A program made the translations under genes and the position numbers. From assembly GCA_022703625.1 (NCBI GenBank), contig JAKLDH010000002.1, positions 1,462 through 65,461 of the forward strand: a stretch of 64,000 bases of DNA, read 5' to 3'. Below are positions 18,661 through 28,332 of the stretch, in pieces. The notes below the pieces were generated by a model. It was given only the letters and a program-made list of their open reading frames with translations, had not been told where the DNA came from and made no database searches. Position 1 is the stretch's first letter, and each line of letters starts with the position of its first letter. The DNA comes from Cyanobacteriota bacterium. GTDB taxonomy: Bacteria > Cyanobacteriota > Vampirovibrionia > Gastranaerophilales > UBA9971.

Positions 18661-20128
18661 TAATTCGCCCCCATGTTTCTGATGTAAATATGACCTTTTG
18701 TAAGATTTTTTCTATTTCATTAGTTCTTAAACCCTTCTCTGAGAGCTTCTCATATATCTCTTCATAAGAATTTGCTTCCTGTATCATTTTAATTACAGGT
18801 TTTAAAACCGTATCCGCCTGTGCCTGCAACTCATTGTCAGAAAAAGAATCTATAAACTTATCTATTGTCTGCTGGTCAGGAAACTGCGATTCTGTAAATT
18901 CTTTAAAAGCAGGCTGTGGCTTTTCAGGTGCATTTACCTCTAAAACCTCAATATCATCTTCATCAAAGCCGTATGTTTTCATTAAATATTTTTTTGTAAA
19001 TCTGACCCCGGGAATTTCAGAAATTTTTTTATCCCTGTCAGCAATAAGGTTTAAATCCGCATCTTCTTCTTCAAATAGTGAAAATATAGGAATATTATTC
19101 TGTCCTGTGAAATTAAATTGATAAATCCACCTGATGAGTCGGTTTAATGTCCTTTCAACTATCTTTTTATCAGCTTCAATGATATCCTGCCTGACGCCCA
19201 TATGCGTATTTGAAGCTGCATAACTACCTGTACTTCCTATTTCAGTTGTTAAAGTCTGTCCCAGAATAGCTTTTGATATTTCAGCGTTCATTTTATCAAC
19301 CAGCCTCTCATAAACATCAGATGAAGAGGTTTTAACTGATTCCTTTAACTCAACGCTGGAATCATCCGGGATAACCACAATCGCATCGTGAACCATTTTT
19401 TGCAGCATAATTTTAAGGTTTTCTGAATCCTTCTCTGTTGTTCTCCTTGGATGTTTGCCGACTAAAAACGGCATCCCGTATTTTTCTGTAAACAATGACC
19501 AGAACTTTACCCCGCCTTTTTTAAAGGTAATATTCCAGAATATTCTTGATAAAGTTCTTTCACCGTATGGATTTAAATAGCTGGGATTGTACTGCGGGCA
19601 TAGAAATTTCTTTTCCGGCAGTTCTTCTCCGTAAGGATTATCTTTGGTTTTTAATTTCAGCCTGTTCTCATCATCAAAAACAAACCATTCAGGCGGTTTA
19701 GCTATAATGTCAGACGGCAGGATTAAGCTCCCTTCCTGCTTCCACATAACTTCAAGGGGCTGAAAACCAAATAAAACGCAGTCAAGGATTTCAGAGATTA
19801 TCGTGTTTAAATCAAGATTATTGAATAAATTTTCAATAATATCTGCCTGTTTGGATTTGGATTTGCCTCTGTCTATCTCCCATTCAAGTGATAAAACACC
19901 TGATTTTCTTGACTGCACGCAAGCCCAAACGTGCGGGTCTGATAAATAATCCCTGTAAATCTTAATATCCCTGCCCTGTTTCCTTAAAATTGGGTCAGGA
20001 TCAGGAAGGTATTTTAAAATTGAGTAAAAATCAATTGAGCGGCCTCTTGTTGCAATTTCAGAAGCGAGAGTCTTTTTTGACTCGCTAAAACATACATATT
20101 CACGCTCATTTAGCCAAAGTTTCTTCAT
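18647..20128 (-). CDS. portal protein (Mu gp29/DUF935-like)
   Basis: 493 aa. N-terminal pattern YLPDPDPILRKQGRDIKIYRDYLSDPHVWACVQSRK. Located between terminase and gpF. Confidence 0.85.
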   Translation of the reverse strand: MKKLWLNEREYVCFSESKKTLASEIATRGRSIDFYSILKYLPDPDPILRKQGRDIKIYRDYLSDPHVWACVQSRKSGVLSLEWEIDRGKSKSKQADIIENLFNNLDLNTIISEILDCVLFGFQPLEVMWKQEGSLILPSDIIAKPPEWFVFDDENRLKLKTKDNPYGEELPEKKFLCPQYNPSYLNPYGERTLSRIFWNITFKKGGVKFWSLFTEKYGMPFLVGKHPRRTTEKDSENLKIMLQKMVHDAIVVIPDDSSVELKESVKTSSSDVYERLVDKMNAEISKAILGQTLTTEIGSTGSYAASNTHMGVRQDIIEADKKIVERTLNRLIRWIYQFNFTGQNNIPIFSLFEEEDADLNLIADRDKKISEIPGVRFTKKYLMKTYGFDEDDIEVLEVNAPEKPQPAFKEFTESQFPDQQTIDKFIDSFSDNELQAQADTVLKPVIKMIQEANSYEEIYEKLSEKGLRTNEIEKILQKVIFTSETWGRINGLD

Positions 20129-21525
20129 TAGTAATCATCCAAATCTATGTCTTCACAGTAATCTTCTGAGATTTTTAAGGTTTCCCAAGTATTTCCTGAA
20201 GTTGCAATAATCGGGCCATCATCTCTTTGAATGCCATGCAGGGCAAGAGCTAAAGCCCAGAACCTGTCAGCGTGGCCTCTTGCTTCACTTCGTTTGGCGT
20301 CAAACCTGATGTTTCCTGCTGAAGTAATTTCTTTTTTCACTGAATGCAGGTCTTCCCTGATTTCTCTTTCTGATGGAATAAATACTTTCCTGTCTTCAAA
20401 ATTTATTCTCAGATTAAATGCCAGATCCTCCTTGACATTGGGAGTAAATTTAACACCTTCAACCCTGTAGCCATAATCTTCTGTTGCTTCTTCAGCCATT
20501 TGATCGCCTAATCCGGTTGAGTCTATACAACAGCGCACAAGGTTTTTATGGTTAAGTATTTCGTATAAAATCTTTTGCTGTTTTCTATACTTTGTTTTTG
20601 GAAGAACAATAATATCCCTTGTGTAACTAATCTGTTCAAGTTTTTCCAGCACCCAGATAACAGTCAAATCTTTTTGCCTGCCTATATCCATCCCTACATA
20701 CAACTCGCCTGTTACATCTTCAAGAGGTTTAAACAGTTTCTTTTTATCCATTTCGCAAGAAAAGATGAGGTCATAGTCAAGAAATGCTGTTGTTTCATCA
20801 ATTGGCTCACAGCAGAATTCCTGCAGCCAGGTATAATCATCGCCGCATTTTATCCGCTCATGTTCCATCCATTCCTGTCTTTCTTTTTCTGTAGTAGTCC
20901 TTTTCTTGATTTTATCGACAAATCCTTCATCAACCGCAAGCTGAATGGGTGTTGTATGTAATGACCAGAAGCCTTTACCCTGTTTGGCTTCTTCAACAAA
21001 TTTAAAAAACCTGCAGCTTTGTCCGTTATGTGTGGATAAAATCCTTAAGGGATAACCCCAGGTTGTACAGGGCTCTGCTGCTGACCATAACTGTTGCGGA
21101 TTGTTATGATGCGCAAATTCATCAAGTACGATTTTTCCTTCCTTACTCCTGAATTGCTTGGGATTTGAGCTTAATGCGTGGATTTTAGTCCCGTTTGAAA
21201 ATTCAATGACAGATGCTTTAATATTCTGCTCTGAGTCAACCACAACATTTCCAAGCGATTTTGCAGCTTTATCAAATAATTCAGTCCACTGTTCGCAATA
21301 TTTAATGTATTCACTTGCAGCGGATTCATCGGTTGATGAAAACCAAACTTCGGGAACAGCACCTGAAACGCAATCTCTTACATCTTCATAGCTCTGTACA
21401 TAGGTTGCGCCGATTCTTCTTGATTTTTCCCAAATCTTGAATTTGGAATTATCCTCCAACCATCTTTGCTGGTAAGGGAGGAAGTACTCGTTAAGGTTAA
21501 TATTGTTAATGTCTATTTTATCCAT
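20128..21525 (-). CDS. terminase large subunit (Mu gp28-like)
   Basis: 465 aa with a Walker-A-like SRRIGATY and a nuclease C-terminal half. Synteny with the portal gene. Confidence 0.85.
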   Translation of the reverse strand: MDKIDINNINLNEYFLPYQQRWLEDNSKFKIWEKSRRIGATYVQSYEDVRDCVSGAVPEVWFSSTDESAASEYIKYCEQWTELFDKAAKSLGNVVVDSEQNIKASVIEFSNGTKIHALSSNPKQFRSKEGKIVLDEFAHHNNPQQLWSAAEPCTTWGYPLRILSTHNGQSCRFFKFVEEAKQGKGFWSLHTTPIQLAVDEGFVDKIKKRTTTEKERQEWMEHERIKCGDDYTWLQEFCCEPIDETTAFLDYDLIFSCEMDKKKLFKPLEDVTGELYVGMDIGRQKDLTVIWVLEKLEQISYTRDIIVLPKTKYRKQQKILYEILNHKNLVRCCIDSTGLGDQMAEEATEDYGYRVEGVKFTPNVKEDLAFNLRINFEDRKVFIPSEREIREDLHSVKKEITSAGNIRFDAKRSEARGHADRFWALALALHGIQRDDGPIIATSGNTWETLKISEDYCEDIDLDDY

Positions 21526-21948
21526 TTATGACTTTCTCCTTAAACCCAAAATTTTCTCTTCTATTTCCTGTATAACTTCAGGAGTTAAGCCTTTTTTGCC
21601 TTCGTCAGTCAACTTTTTATCAACCACATCTTCGTATTCCTTGACCTTCATAATTGAAGGCAGCATCCGGATAAATGCATACATTCTTCCGGTGTCGACT
21701 TTTTCACCGCTTACAAGGTCTTCTCTTATCCTGCTCATTAACTCTCTTGCAAATTCGTACAGTTCTTCATGAAATAACTGCTTGCTGTCAAGGAATCTGT
21801 CTTTTTTGGAATCCCAATCGCCTTCTTCCTTCCACCTGCGGATGGTTCTTTCGTTAGAACCCGTTTTGGCAGCTATTTCTTCAAGGGTCATCTGTTCAGC
21901 GATGTACATTCTTTCAGCATCAGAGTAATGCGTATCTTTTTTAGTCAT
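21526..21948 (-). CDS. small terminase-like / Mu gp27-like DNA-binding protein
   Basis: Start at ATG 21948, after GGAGAGGG. HTH reads MTLEEIAAKTGSNERTIRRWKEEGDW. It lies directly upstream of the large terminase. Confidence 0.7.
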   Translation of the reverse strand: MTKKDTHYSDAERMYIAEQMTLEEIAAKTGSNERTIRRWKEEGDWDSKKDRFLDSKQLFHEELYEFARELMSRIREDLVSGEKVDTGRMYAFIRMLPSIMKVKEYEDVVDKKLTDEGKKGLTPEVIQEIEEKILGLRRKS

Positions 21949-22141
21949 CTGCATCCCTCTCCTTTTCGTAAACCTCAATATCCTTCATAACGTTTAATAG
22001 CCTTGTAACTGTGTACATTTTTGCGGGATCAGCCTTTTCGCCTTTTTCAAGTTCTTTCGTAATCGAGTCCATTAGCGTTCCGCAAAATGTACGAATTTCC
22101 GAGTAGAAATCATCCTGAAAACAAGTTTTTTTATTGTTCAT
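21941..22141 (-). CDS. hypothetical protein, paralog of the C-terminal half of the gp27-like protein
   Basis: Start at ATG 22141, after GGGGG. FYSEIRTFCGTLMDSITKELEKGEKADPAKMYTVTRLLNVMKDIEVYEKE aligns with LYEFARELMSRIREDLVSGEKVDTGRMYAFIRMLPSIMKVKEYEDV of the next gene. Confidence 0.55.
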   Translation of the reverse strand: MNNKKTCFQDDFYSEIRTFCGTLMDSITKELEKGEKADPAKMYTVTRLLNVMKDIEVYEKERDADD

Positions 22142-22406
22142 ATTCAACCCCCTGCTTCTTTCCCATACTTTCTTTCCGTATAAACGGACACCACAAATTG
22201 GCATCAATCTTGTTTTCCATTCTTGATAAAATGCCTGTGTGCTGCCTGTTTGTTTCAAGCAGGTCTTTTAAAACCGCAAAATTATTCCTGATAATTTCTT
22301 CAAAGGTTTTCACCTGCGACTTGTGGTAAATGTACCAGATGGCAAAAACCACTGCCGGAAAACCGATATTTTTTACAAGTTCGATAAATACAGCTGTTTC
22401 GCTCAT
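22131..22406 (-). CDS. small membrane protein (first gene of leftward late operon)
   Basis: 91 aa with one N-terminal TM helix (IGFPAVVFAIWYIY). No family recognised. Confidence 0.5.
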   Translation of the reverse strand: MSETAVFIELVKNIGFPAVVFAIWYIYHKSQVKTFEEIIRNNFAVLKDLLETNRQHTGILSRMENKIDANLWCPFIRKESMGKKQGVEYEQ

Positions 22407-22495
22407 GTCTAACCTCTTTTGTTCGCAGCATCAAATCCCTTAAAAACAAGGTTGGGATTCAATTTAATGCTTTTTAAATTTATTTATTTATATTT

Positions 22496-22680
22496 GCAGG
22501 GTAACAAATCCGGCGATTACGTTTCAAATAAACTTTGACTTTACTTTTACCCTGTAAACAAAAAGTCATTGTTCCATGAAAAAGAAAAGTCATTTTACAT
22601 GGTAAATTGACTTTTTTTTTACCTTGTAAATTGAAATTGCTTTTCTCTTTGAAATGAAATTAAAAAATTTGTTACCCTGC
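22496..22680. promoter_or_regulatory. divergent late control region: 14-bp perfect inverted repeat flanking two 24-nt direct repeats
   Basis: GCAGGGTAACAAAT (22496-22509) and its exact reverse complement (22667-22680). Direct repeats TTGACTTTACTTTTACCCTGTAAA (22535-22558) and TTGACTTTTTTTTTACCTTGTAAA (22607-22630). AAAAGTCATT occurs twice (22561, 22586). Confidence 0.5.
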
Positions 22681-22738
22681 CTTTTACGTTCCAAAAATTT
22701 TTTTTAAAAACCATTCATTAAAAATTAGGAGGCAGAAC

Positions 22739-22936
22739 ATGACAAACGAAACAACTACAACAACAGGCAAAAAGTTTTACAAATCAAAAACCTTCTGGGT
22801 AAACCTTCTTTCTTTAGGCGGATTAATAGTCCAGTCTCAGACAGGGTTTGTTCTTCCTGCAGAACTTCAGGCGGGCATTCTTAGTGTATTAAACGGCATT
22901 TTAAGATTCACAACAACTGAACCTATAGAAAAGTAA
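22739..22936 (+). CDS. small membrane protein (holin-like candidate)
   Basis: 65 aa, RBS aggagg, two hydrophobic segments. It is the first gene of the rightward late operon. Confidence 0.45.
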   Translation: MTNETTTTTGKKFYKSKTFWVNLLSLGGLIVQSQTGFVLPAELQAGILSVLNGILRFTTTEPIEK

Positions 22937-22948
22937 GGAGAGGTTTTA

Positions 22949-23968
22949 ATGAAAAAATTCTTTGAAATCTTTAGAGCGGGAAAATACCCGCAGGGAACTT
23001 TCACAGAAAAGGATATTGAACTCCTTGCAAAAAACTATGACCCCAAATTCTGTGAAGCACCAATAACCCTTGACCATGACCAGAGCGGACCTGCTTATGG
23101 ATGGATAGAAGAATTAAAAGCGGAAAACGGTGTATTAAAAGCACTATTCAGGGATGTTTCCGGTGAATTAAAAGAACTCGTCCTGACAGGCAAATACAGA
23201 AAAGTTTCTGTTGAAATATATAAAGACCTTGAAGGCAAGGGACCGTATTTAAAGTCTGTTTCTTTTCTTGGTGCTGCAATACCGCAGGTTAAGGGAATGG
23301 AACCGGTTGAATTCAAAGAGGGTGAGTCAGAAACCTATATCTTTGAAACTGAAGAACCTGAAAAGCCAAAAGAAGAAAAAGAACAAACGGTCAAAAAAGA
23401 AGAATTTACTACACTGCAGGAAATAATAAAACTGCAAAACCAGATTTCGGACATTGAAAGCAGGGTGGCTCACATAATTGACCAGCCCAATAAGGATGAC
23501 AAACTTGTTGTTTCCCTTCAGGAAAAAGTGCAGGAACTGTCTGCACAAATGAAAAAATTTGAGGAATCGGAAACAACAAGACAAAAGACCGAACAGGAAT
23601 TGTCTGAACTGAAGATTAAAGTTAAAAAGAATGAATTTGAGCAATTCCTCAATGAACAAAAACTAACAGGAAATTTGACACCAGCTCAGAAAGATTTAAG
23701 TTTAAAACTCTTTACTGCGCTTGATAATGTCAAAAAATTCGATGAATCAGACTGTGTTGAGGAATTTAAAAAATTAATCAAAACTTTGCCTCAGCAGGTT
23801 GAATTAAACGAGATTGCAACCAAAAGCAAGCAGAAAAAAGAACAGGAAGAGTTTCTGGATTTTGAAAATGCAAGTGAAGAAAGCCTTGCAATATACCAGG
23901 AAGTAAAGCAGCTTGCTGAAAAAGAAAACATCTGCTTTAAAGACGCACTATTACGACTGTACAAGTAA
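22949..23968 (+). CDS. head protease/scaffold protein (Mu gpI-like)
   Basis: 339 aa. The N-terminal domain is followed by a long charged coiled-coil C-terminal half. It is positioned immediately before the major capsid gene. Confidence 0.65.
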   Translation: MKKFFEIFRAGKYPQGTFTEKDIELLAKNYDPKFCEAPITLDHDQSGPAYGWIEELKAENGVLKALFRDVSGELKELVLTGKYRKVSVEIYKDLEGKGPYLKSVSFLGAAIPQVKGMEPVEFKEGESETYIFETEEPEKPKEEKEQTVKKEEFTTLQEIIKLQNQISDIESRVAHIIDQPNKDDKLVVSLQEKVQELSAQMKKFEESETTRQKTEQELSELKIKVKKNEFEQFLNEQKLTGNLTPAQKDLSLKLFTALDNVKKFDESDCVEEFKKLIKTLPQQVELNEIATKSKQKKEQEEFLDFENASEESLAIYQEVKQLAEKENICFKDALLRLYK

Positions 23969-23991
23969 AACAACAATCATGAGGTACTAAA

Positions 23992-24906
23992 ATGGGCAGA
24001 TTAGAAGACCTACGAATAAACGCATACCTCTCGGAGGTGGCACGGGGATACAGTAATTCGGCATTTATAGCTGATGCACTATTTCCTGAGATAACATCAG
24101 AACTTGAAAAAATTGATATCTTTGAATTTAACAGGGAAGCATTTTCTGTTTATAACACAGAACGTGCAATTAGAGCCAACTCTAATGTTGTTAGCCCTAA
24201 AGGATTTAACAAAAAGACAGCGACTCTGACAGAACACGACCTCGCTTACCCTATTGATTATAGGGAAGAAGAGGAATCGAAAAAGGTTAAGCTGCAACTG
24301 CACGCAACAAACGTTGTTACAGAAGGACTAAAACTTAAACAGGAAAAATTGTGCGCTGATTTAGTCCAGAATCCTAACAATTATCCTGCAGGAAGCAAGA
24401 TTACACTTTCCGGCACATCAAAGTTTAGCGATCCAGCTTCCAATCCGGTAACTGTTATTGATGATGCAAAGGATGCTATCGCAGGAAAAATTGCGCAAGA
24501 CCCAAACACAATGGTCATAGGACATGAAGCGTGGAAAACCCTAAAAAGGCACGATGTAATTAAGAAATTAATAAGTGACAACCAGAACAAGATTGTTACT
24601 CTTAATTTCCTGAAAGAAGTCTTTGAAATCCCGAATATTGTTATCGGCAGAAGCGTTTTTGTCGATGAGCAGGGCAATTTTGTAAAAATTTGGGGAGATA
24701 ACATTATTCTCGCTTATGTTCCCCAGCTTACTTCAAGAACAGAGTATGACCCATCATTTGCCTATCTCGTCAGGAAGAAAAACTCCATGAATATTGACGA
24801 ATACAGGAAAGAAGGCAATAAACTCAGGTATATCAGGGCAACAGACATATACACACCGTTTCTGGTAGGACCTGAAGCAGGTTACTTAATTTCAGATACC
24901 AACTAA
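23992..24906 (+). CDS. major capsid protein (Mu gpT / capsid E-like)
   Basis: 304 aa. The call rests on position after the scaffold gene, on size, and on sequence pattern. Confidence 0.75.
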   Translation: MGRLEDLRINAYLSEVARGYSNSAFIADALFPEITSELEKIDIFEFNREAFSVYNTERAIRANSNVVSPKGFNKKTATLTEHDLAYPIDYREEEESKKVKLQLHATNVVTEGLKLKQEKLCADLVQNPNNYPAGSKITLSGTSKFSDPASNPVTVIDDAKDAIAGKIAQDPNTMVIGHEAWKTLKRHDVIKKLISDNQNKIVTLNFLKEVFEIPNIVIGRSVFVDEQGNFVKIWGDNIILAYVPQLTSRTEYDPSFAYLVRKKNSMNIDEYRKEGNKLRYIRATDIYTPFLVGPEAGYLISDTN

Positions 24907-24924
24907 GGCTGAAAGGAAACAATA

Positions 24925-25194
24925 ATGAGCAAATACAAAGTAAAAGGAACAGACATTCTCCATAACAAAAAACTTTATCCGGCTGGTTCAGAGATTGAAC
25001 TCAAAGATGAAGATGCTGAAAAAATAAAGGATTACCTTATTCCGATTCAGGAAAAGAAATCAAACACTACCAAAAACAATGAAAAAACTAGCAAAACCAC
25101 AACCAACACTGCTAAGACTACTTCTGAAACTATCAAAACCACTTCCGAAACAACGCCGGAAGTAACAGAAGAAACAAACAAGGAGGCTAAATAA
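24925..25194 (+). CDS. hypothetical head-module protein with Thr/Lys-rich low-complexity tail
   Basis: 89 aa, RBS aaagga. Tail reads KTSKTTTNTAKTTSETIKTTSETTPE. Confidence 0.5.
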   Translation: MSKYKVKGTDILHNKKLYPAGSEIELKDEDAEKIKDYLIPIQEKKSNTTKNNEKTSKTTTNTAKTTSETIKTTSETTPEVTEETNKEAK

Positions 25195-25532
25195 TGGAAA
25201 AAACATATAAACCTCTTTTAATGGACTCAATTAAAGCAGCCGTAGACATCGAAAAACAAAGATTTATCAACTTCAACGGCAACTACTGCGGCGATAAACA
25301 AAAAGCATACGGAGTTTCAGATGTTGAAATGGAAGCCGGACAGTATGCACCAATTGCTTTAAACGGAATACTCCTAATTAAAACATCAGGTGTATTAGCA
25401 GTAGGAGATAAAGTAACTTCTGATGCAGTTGGCAAGGCCAAAAAAGCAGGGGACGCTGACCCGCTTAACGGCTACGCACTTGATGCTGCCTCCGGGGCAG
25501 ATGAAGTAATCAGAATAGCGAAAGGAATTTAG
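25194..25532 (+). CDS. DUF2190-like head protein
   Basis: 112 aa. The pattern GQYAPIALNGILLIKTSGVLAVGDKV is typical of this small phage family. Confidence 0.6.
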   Translation: MEKTYKPLLMDSIKAAVDIEKQRFINFNGNYCGDKQKAYGVSDVEMEAGQYAPIALNGILLIKTSGVLAVGDKVTSDAVGKAKKAGDADPLNGYALDAASGADEVIRIAKGI

Positions 25533-25964
25533 ATGTACTGCATTCTTGATGACATAAAAAAACAGGTTCAGGAAACCACGCTGATAGAGATTACGGACGA
25601 TAGTTTATCCGGTCAAATCAATGAAGATGTGGTTAATGAAACAATCCTGTACGCTGATACCCTGATTGACGGGTATCTAAGAGGCAGATACACCCTTCCA
25701 CTTTCAACCTTACCTGAAATTATTAAGGTTATAGCAATTGATTTAAGCATTTACAGGCTGTATTCAAGGCGGTTCCACACTGATATGCCTGATTCCATTA
25801 ACGATAAATACAAAAACGCAACTAAACTGCTGGAACAGATTCAAAAAGGAGTTGTTTCTTTGGGTATAGAAACTGTGGGAACACCGCCTGAACTTGGCGA
25901 ATACAGGGTATATACAACACTCGAAGAGAGAATTTTTACTAAAGACTTACTGGACACTATGTAA
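25533..25964 (+). CDS. head-tail connector protein (Mu gp36 / DUF1320-like)
   Basis: 143 aa. MYCILDDIKKQV...LIEITDD...INEDVVNETILYADTLIDGYLRGRYTLPL is the DUF1320 signature. Confidence 0.75.
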   Translation: MYCILDDIKKQVQETTLIEITDDSLSGQINEDVVNETILYADTLIDGYLRGRYTLPLSTLPEIIKVIAIDLSIYRLYSRRFHTDMPDSINDKYKNATKLLEQIQKGVVSLGIETVGTPPELGEYRVYTTLEERIFTKDLLDTM

Positions 25965-25978
25965 GGACTATCAAAACC

Positions 25979-26398
25979 ATGATTAAGACCATTGAAAACC
26001 AGATAATTTCAAGAATAAAACAGGATATTCCTGAGCTTCATGTGGAAGGATTTCCCGAAAAGCCATCAGAATTCAGGCTTACTCATCCTAAAGGAGCGAT
26101 TCTTGTCCACTACCAAAGCGGTAATTACTCGGAACCCAAAAGTCTTGGCTACATTGTTCAGGATAAAAAACTTGAGTTTTCAGTCACCGTGGTTACAAAG
26201 AACCTCAGAAGCCACGAAGGAGCATACTTTTATTTGGATAAGGTACGAGAAATCCTTACAGGATATAGACCTGATAACTGCTCAAAAATGCAGCCTACAA
26301 AAGAAAGTTTCTTAATTGAAACAGCTGGAATCTGGCAATACTCAATCAATTTCACATTAACAACACCAGTAATAGAAAAATACGAAGAGGTGATATAA
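25979..26398 (+). CDS. Mu gp37-like head-tail joining protein
   Basis: 139 aa. The call is based on position between gp36-like and sheath, so it is weak. Confidence 0.5.
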   Translation: MIKTIENQIISRIKQDIPELHVEGFPEKPSEFRLTHPKGAILVHYQSGNYSEPKSLGYIVQDKKLEFSVTVVTKNLRSHEGAYFYLDKVREILTGYRPDNCSKMQPTKESFLIETAGIWQYSINFTLTTPVIEKYEEVI

Positions 26399-27634
26399 AT
26401 GCCTGCAAACTTTTTACACGGAGTTGAAACAATAGAAATAGATAAAGGGGCACGTCCCATCAGGACAGTAAAGACGGCTGTCATCGGACTTGTCGGCACA
26501 GCACCTGTTAATACAGTGGATGCTGAGTATAAAACGGTAAATAAACCTGTTTTAATAACCAACGACAAAGATGCTGCCTTATATTTCGGACAACTGACAG
26601 CAGGATTTACCATCCCTGCAGCATTAAATGCAATATTTGACCAAGGAGCCGGAATAATTATCGTGGTAAACGTGTTTGACCCGGATATCCATACATCAAT
26701 CGCTGATGTCCAGCTTTCGGATATTATCGGCGGAGTTGACGCTCAGGGCAAACGTACAGGTTTGCAAGCATTAAAAGACAGCTATTCGTTACTTGGTTTT
26801 TTCCCAAAAACAATAATTATCCCAAAATATTGTGAAGATGCTGCAGTAGTCACTGAAATGGACGCTGTAGCAGACAAGATAAGAGCAATTGGACTCGTGG
26901 ATGCGCCTGTCGGAACCGGGGTGCAGGCTGCCATATCAGGCAGGGGAGATGACTCCATAAACTTTAATTTTTCCTCCGACAGGCTTGTTTTTTGTTACCC
27001 GCAATTAAAAGTTTATGACACATCGACTAATACCCCTTACCTCGAACCTTACTCCCCTCGATTGGCCGGTGTAATAGCAGCAAAAGACATCGACAGGGGC
27101 TATCACTGGTCTCCTTCCAATACTGAAATCAAGGGAATTATCGGCGTGGAAAGAAACCTGACTTCGATGATAAATGATCCCGAAAGTGAGGTAAACCTCT
27201 TAAACGAAGCAGGAATCCTGACCGTCTTTAATTCCTTTGGTTCAGGCTTTAGAACGTGGGGAAACAGAAGTGCAAGCTATCCTTCAAACACATTCCCAAC
27301 CAACTTTATAAATATACGAAGGACGGCAGATATTATCCACGAAAGCGTGGAATACTCAATGTTGCAATTCATTGACTACCCGATTGATAACGGTTTAATA
27401 GATTCAATTTGTGAGTCAGTAAACGCTTTTATCCGCACTTTAATCGGCAGGGGAGCATTGATAGACGGCAAATGCAGGTTTAATCCTGACAAGAACCCGC
27501 CATCTGAAATAGCAAACGGGCATTTGACTTTTGACCTTGAGTTTATGCCACCCACTCCGGCGGAGCGGATAACCTTTGAAAGTTTTATAGATATAAATTT
27601 ATTAAGGAGTTTGGGAAATGAGAATGTACTTTAG
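26399..27634 (+). CDS. contractile tail sheath protein
   Basis: 411 aa. N-terminus MPANFLHGVETIEID...VIGLVGTAP is typical of sheath proteins. The tube gene follows. Confidence 0.85.
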   Translation: MPANFLHGVETIEIDKGARPIRTVKTAVIGLVGTAPVNTVDAEYKTVNKPVLITNDKDAALYFGQLTAGFTIPAALNAIFDQGAGIIIVVNVFDPDIHTSIADVQLSDIIGGVDAQGKRTGLQALKDSYSLLGFFPKTIIIPKYCEDAAVVTEMDAVADKIRAIGLVDAPVGTGVQAAISGRGDDSINFNFSSDRLVFCYPQLKVYDTSTNTPYLEPYSPRLAGVIAAKDIDRGYHWSPSNTEIKGIIGVERNLTSMINDPESEVNLLNEAGILTVFNSFGSGFRTWGNRSASYPSNTFPTNFINIRRTADIIHESVEYSMLQFIDYPIDNGLIDSICESVNAFIRTLIGRGALIDGKCRFNPDKNPPSEIANGHLTFDLEFMPPTPAERITFESFIDINLLRSLGNENVL

Positions 27635-27810
27635 TCAATTTAGAATTATGCAGGTTCGACCAGATAAGCACGACCTGTGCCTTAACTGCGAAAATATGGA
27701 AATTTGTCCTTTGATAAATGCACTGCGGGACGATCTGGCAGTAATCAGGCACAAAAAAATCAGAATTGACGATTTGCAGATTTTACAAAGAACACAAGAG
27801 GGCATCATAG

Positions 27811-28332
27811 ATGAGCAAAATTCAAATAAACAGATTAACAAACGCCAATATTTATATGGACGGAAATAACCTGCTTGGCCGAGCTGAAGAAATCCAGCTT
27901 CCTCAGATAAAACATAAAATGTCAGAACATAAAGCCCTTGGAATGATAGGTTCTGCCGAGTTTTTTTCCGGTATAGACAAACTGGAGTGCAAAATAAAGT
28001 GGAATTCACTTTACCCGGAAGTTATGAGAAAGGCAGCTAACCCATTTAAAACCGTCCAACTTCAAGCAAGGGCAAGTCTTGAAACATACAATTCAATGGG
28101 CAAACTGGCAGAAGTTCCTGCTGTTGCATATATATCAGGAACATTTAAGGACTTTCCGCTCGGCAATATAAAAGCTGGGGACAACTCAGAATACGAAACC
28201 AATATGGCGGTTAATTACGCAAAATTAATTGTCGAGGGCGAAGAGATATTTGAAATCGACATCTTAGAAAACATCTATAAGGTCGGTGGTGTCGATATTT
28301 TGCAGGATTACAGAAATAATATAGGTGCTTAA
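27811..28332 (+). CDS. tail tube protein (P2 FII-like)
   Basis: 173 aa. MSKIQINRLTNANIYMDGNNLLGRAEEIQLP is the FII family pattern. Confidence 0.85.
   Translation: MSKIQINRLTNANIYMDGNNLLGRAEEIQLPQIKHKMSEHKALGMIGSAEFFSGIDKLECKIKWNSLYPEVMRKAANPFKTVQLQARASLETYNSMGKLAEVPAVAYISGTFKDFPLGNIKAGDNSEYETNMAVNYAKLIVEGEEIFEIDILENIYKVGGVDILQDYRNNIGA

Noticed and set aside
27618-27869. 83-aa ORF (with CLNCENMEICP) spanning the 176-bp gap between sheath and tube and overlapping the tube start. There is also a GGTTCGA-containing hairpin near 27650 that looked tRNA-like.
   Set aside because: The ORF overlaps both neighbours out of frame and has no RBS. The hairpin lacks a T-arm partner or an acceptor stem, so it is not a tRNA. 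The gap itself remains unexplained but there is no positive evidence for a gene.
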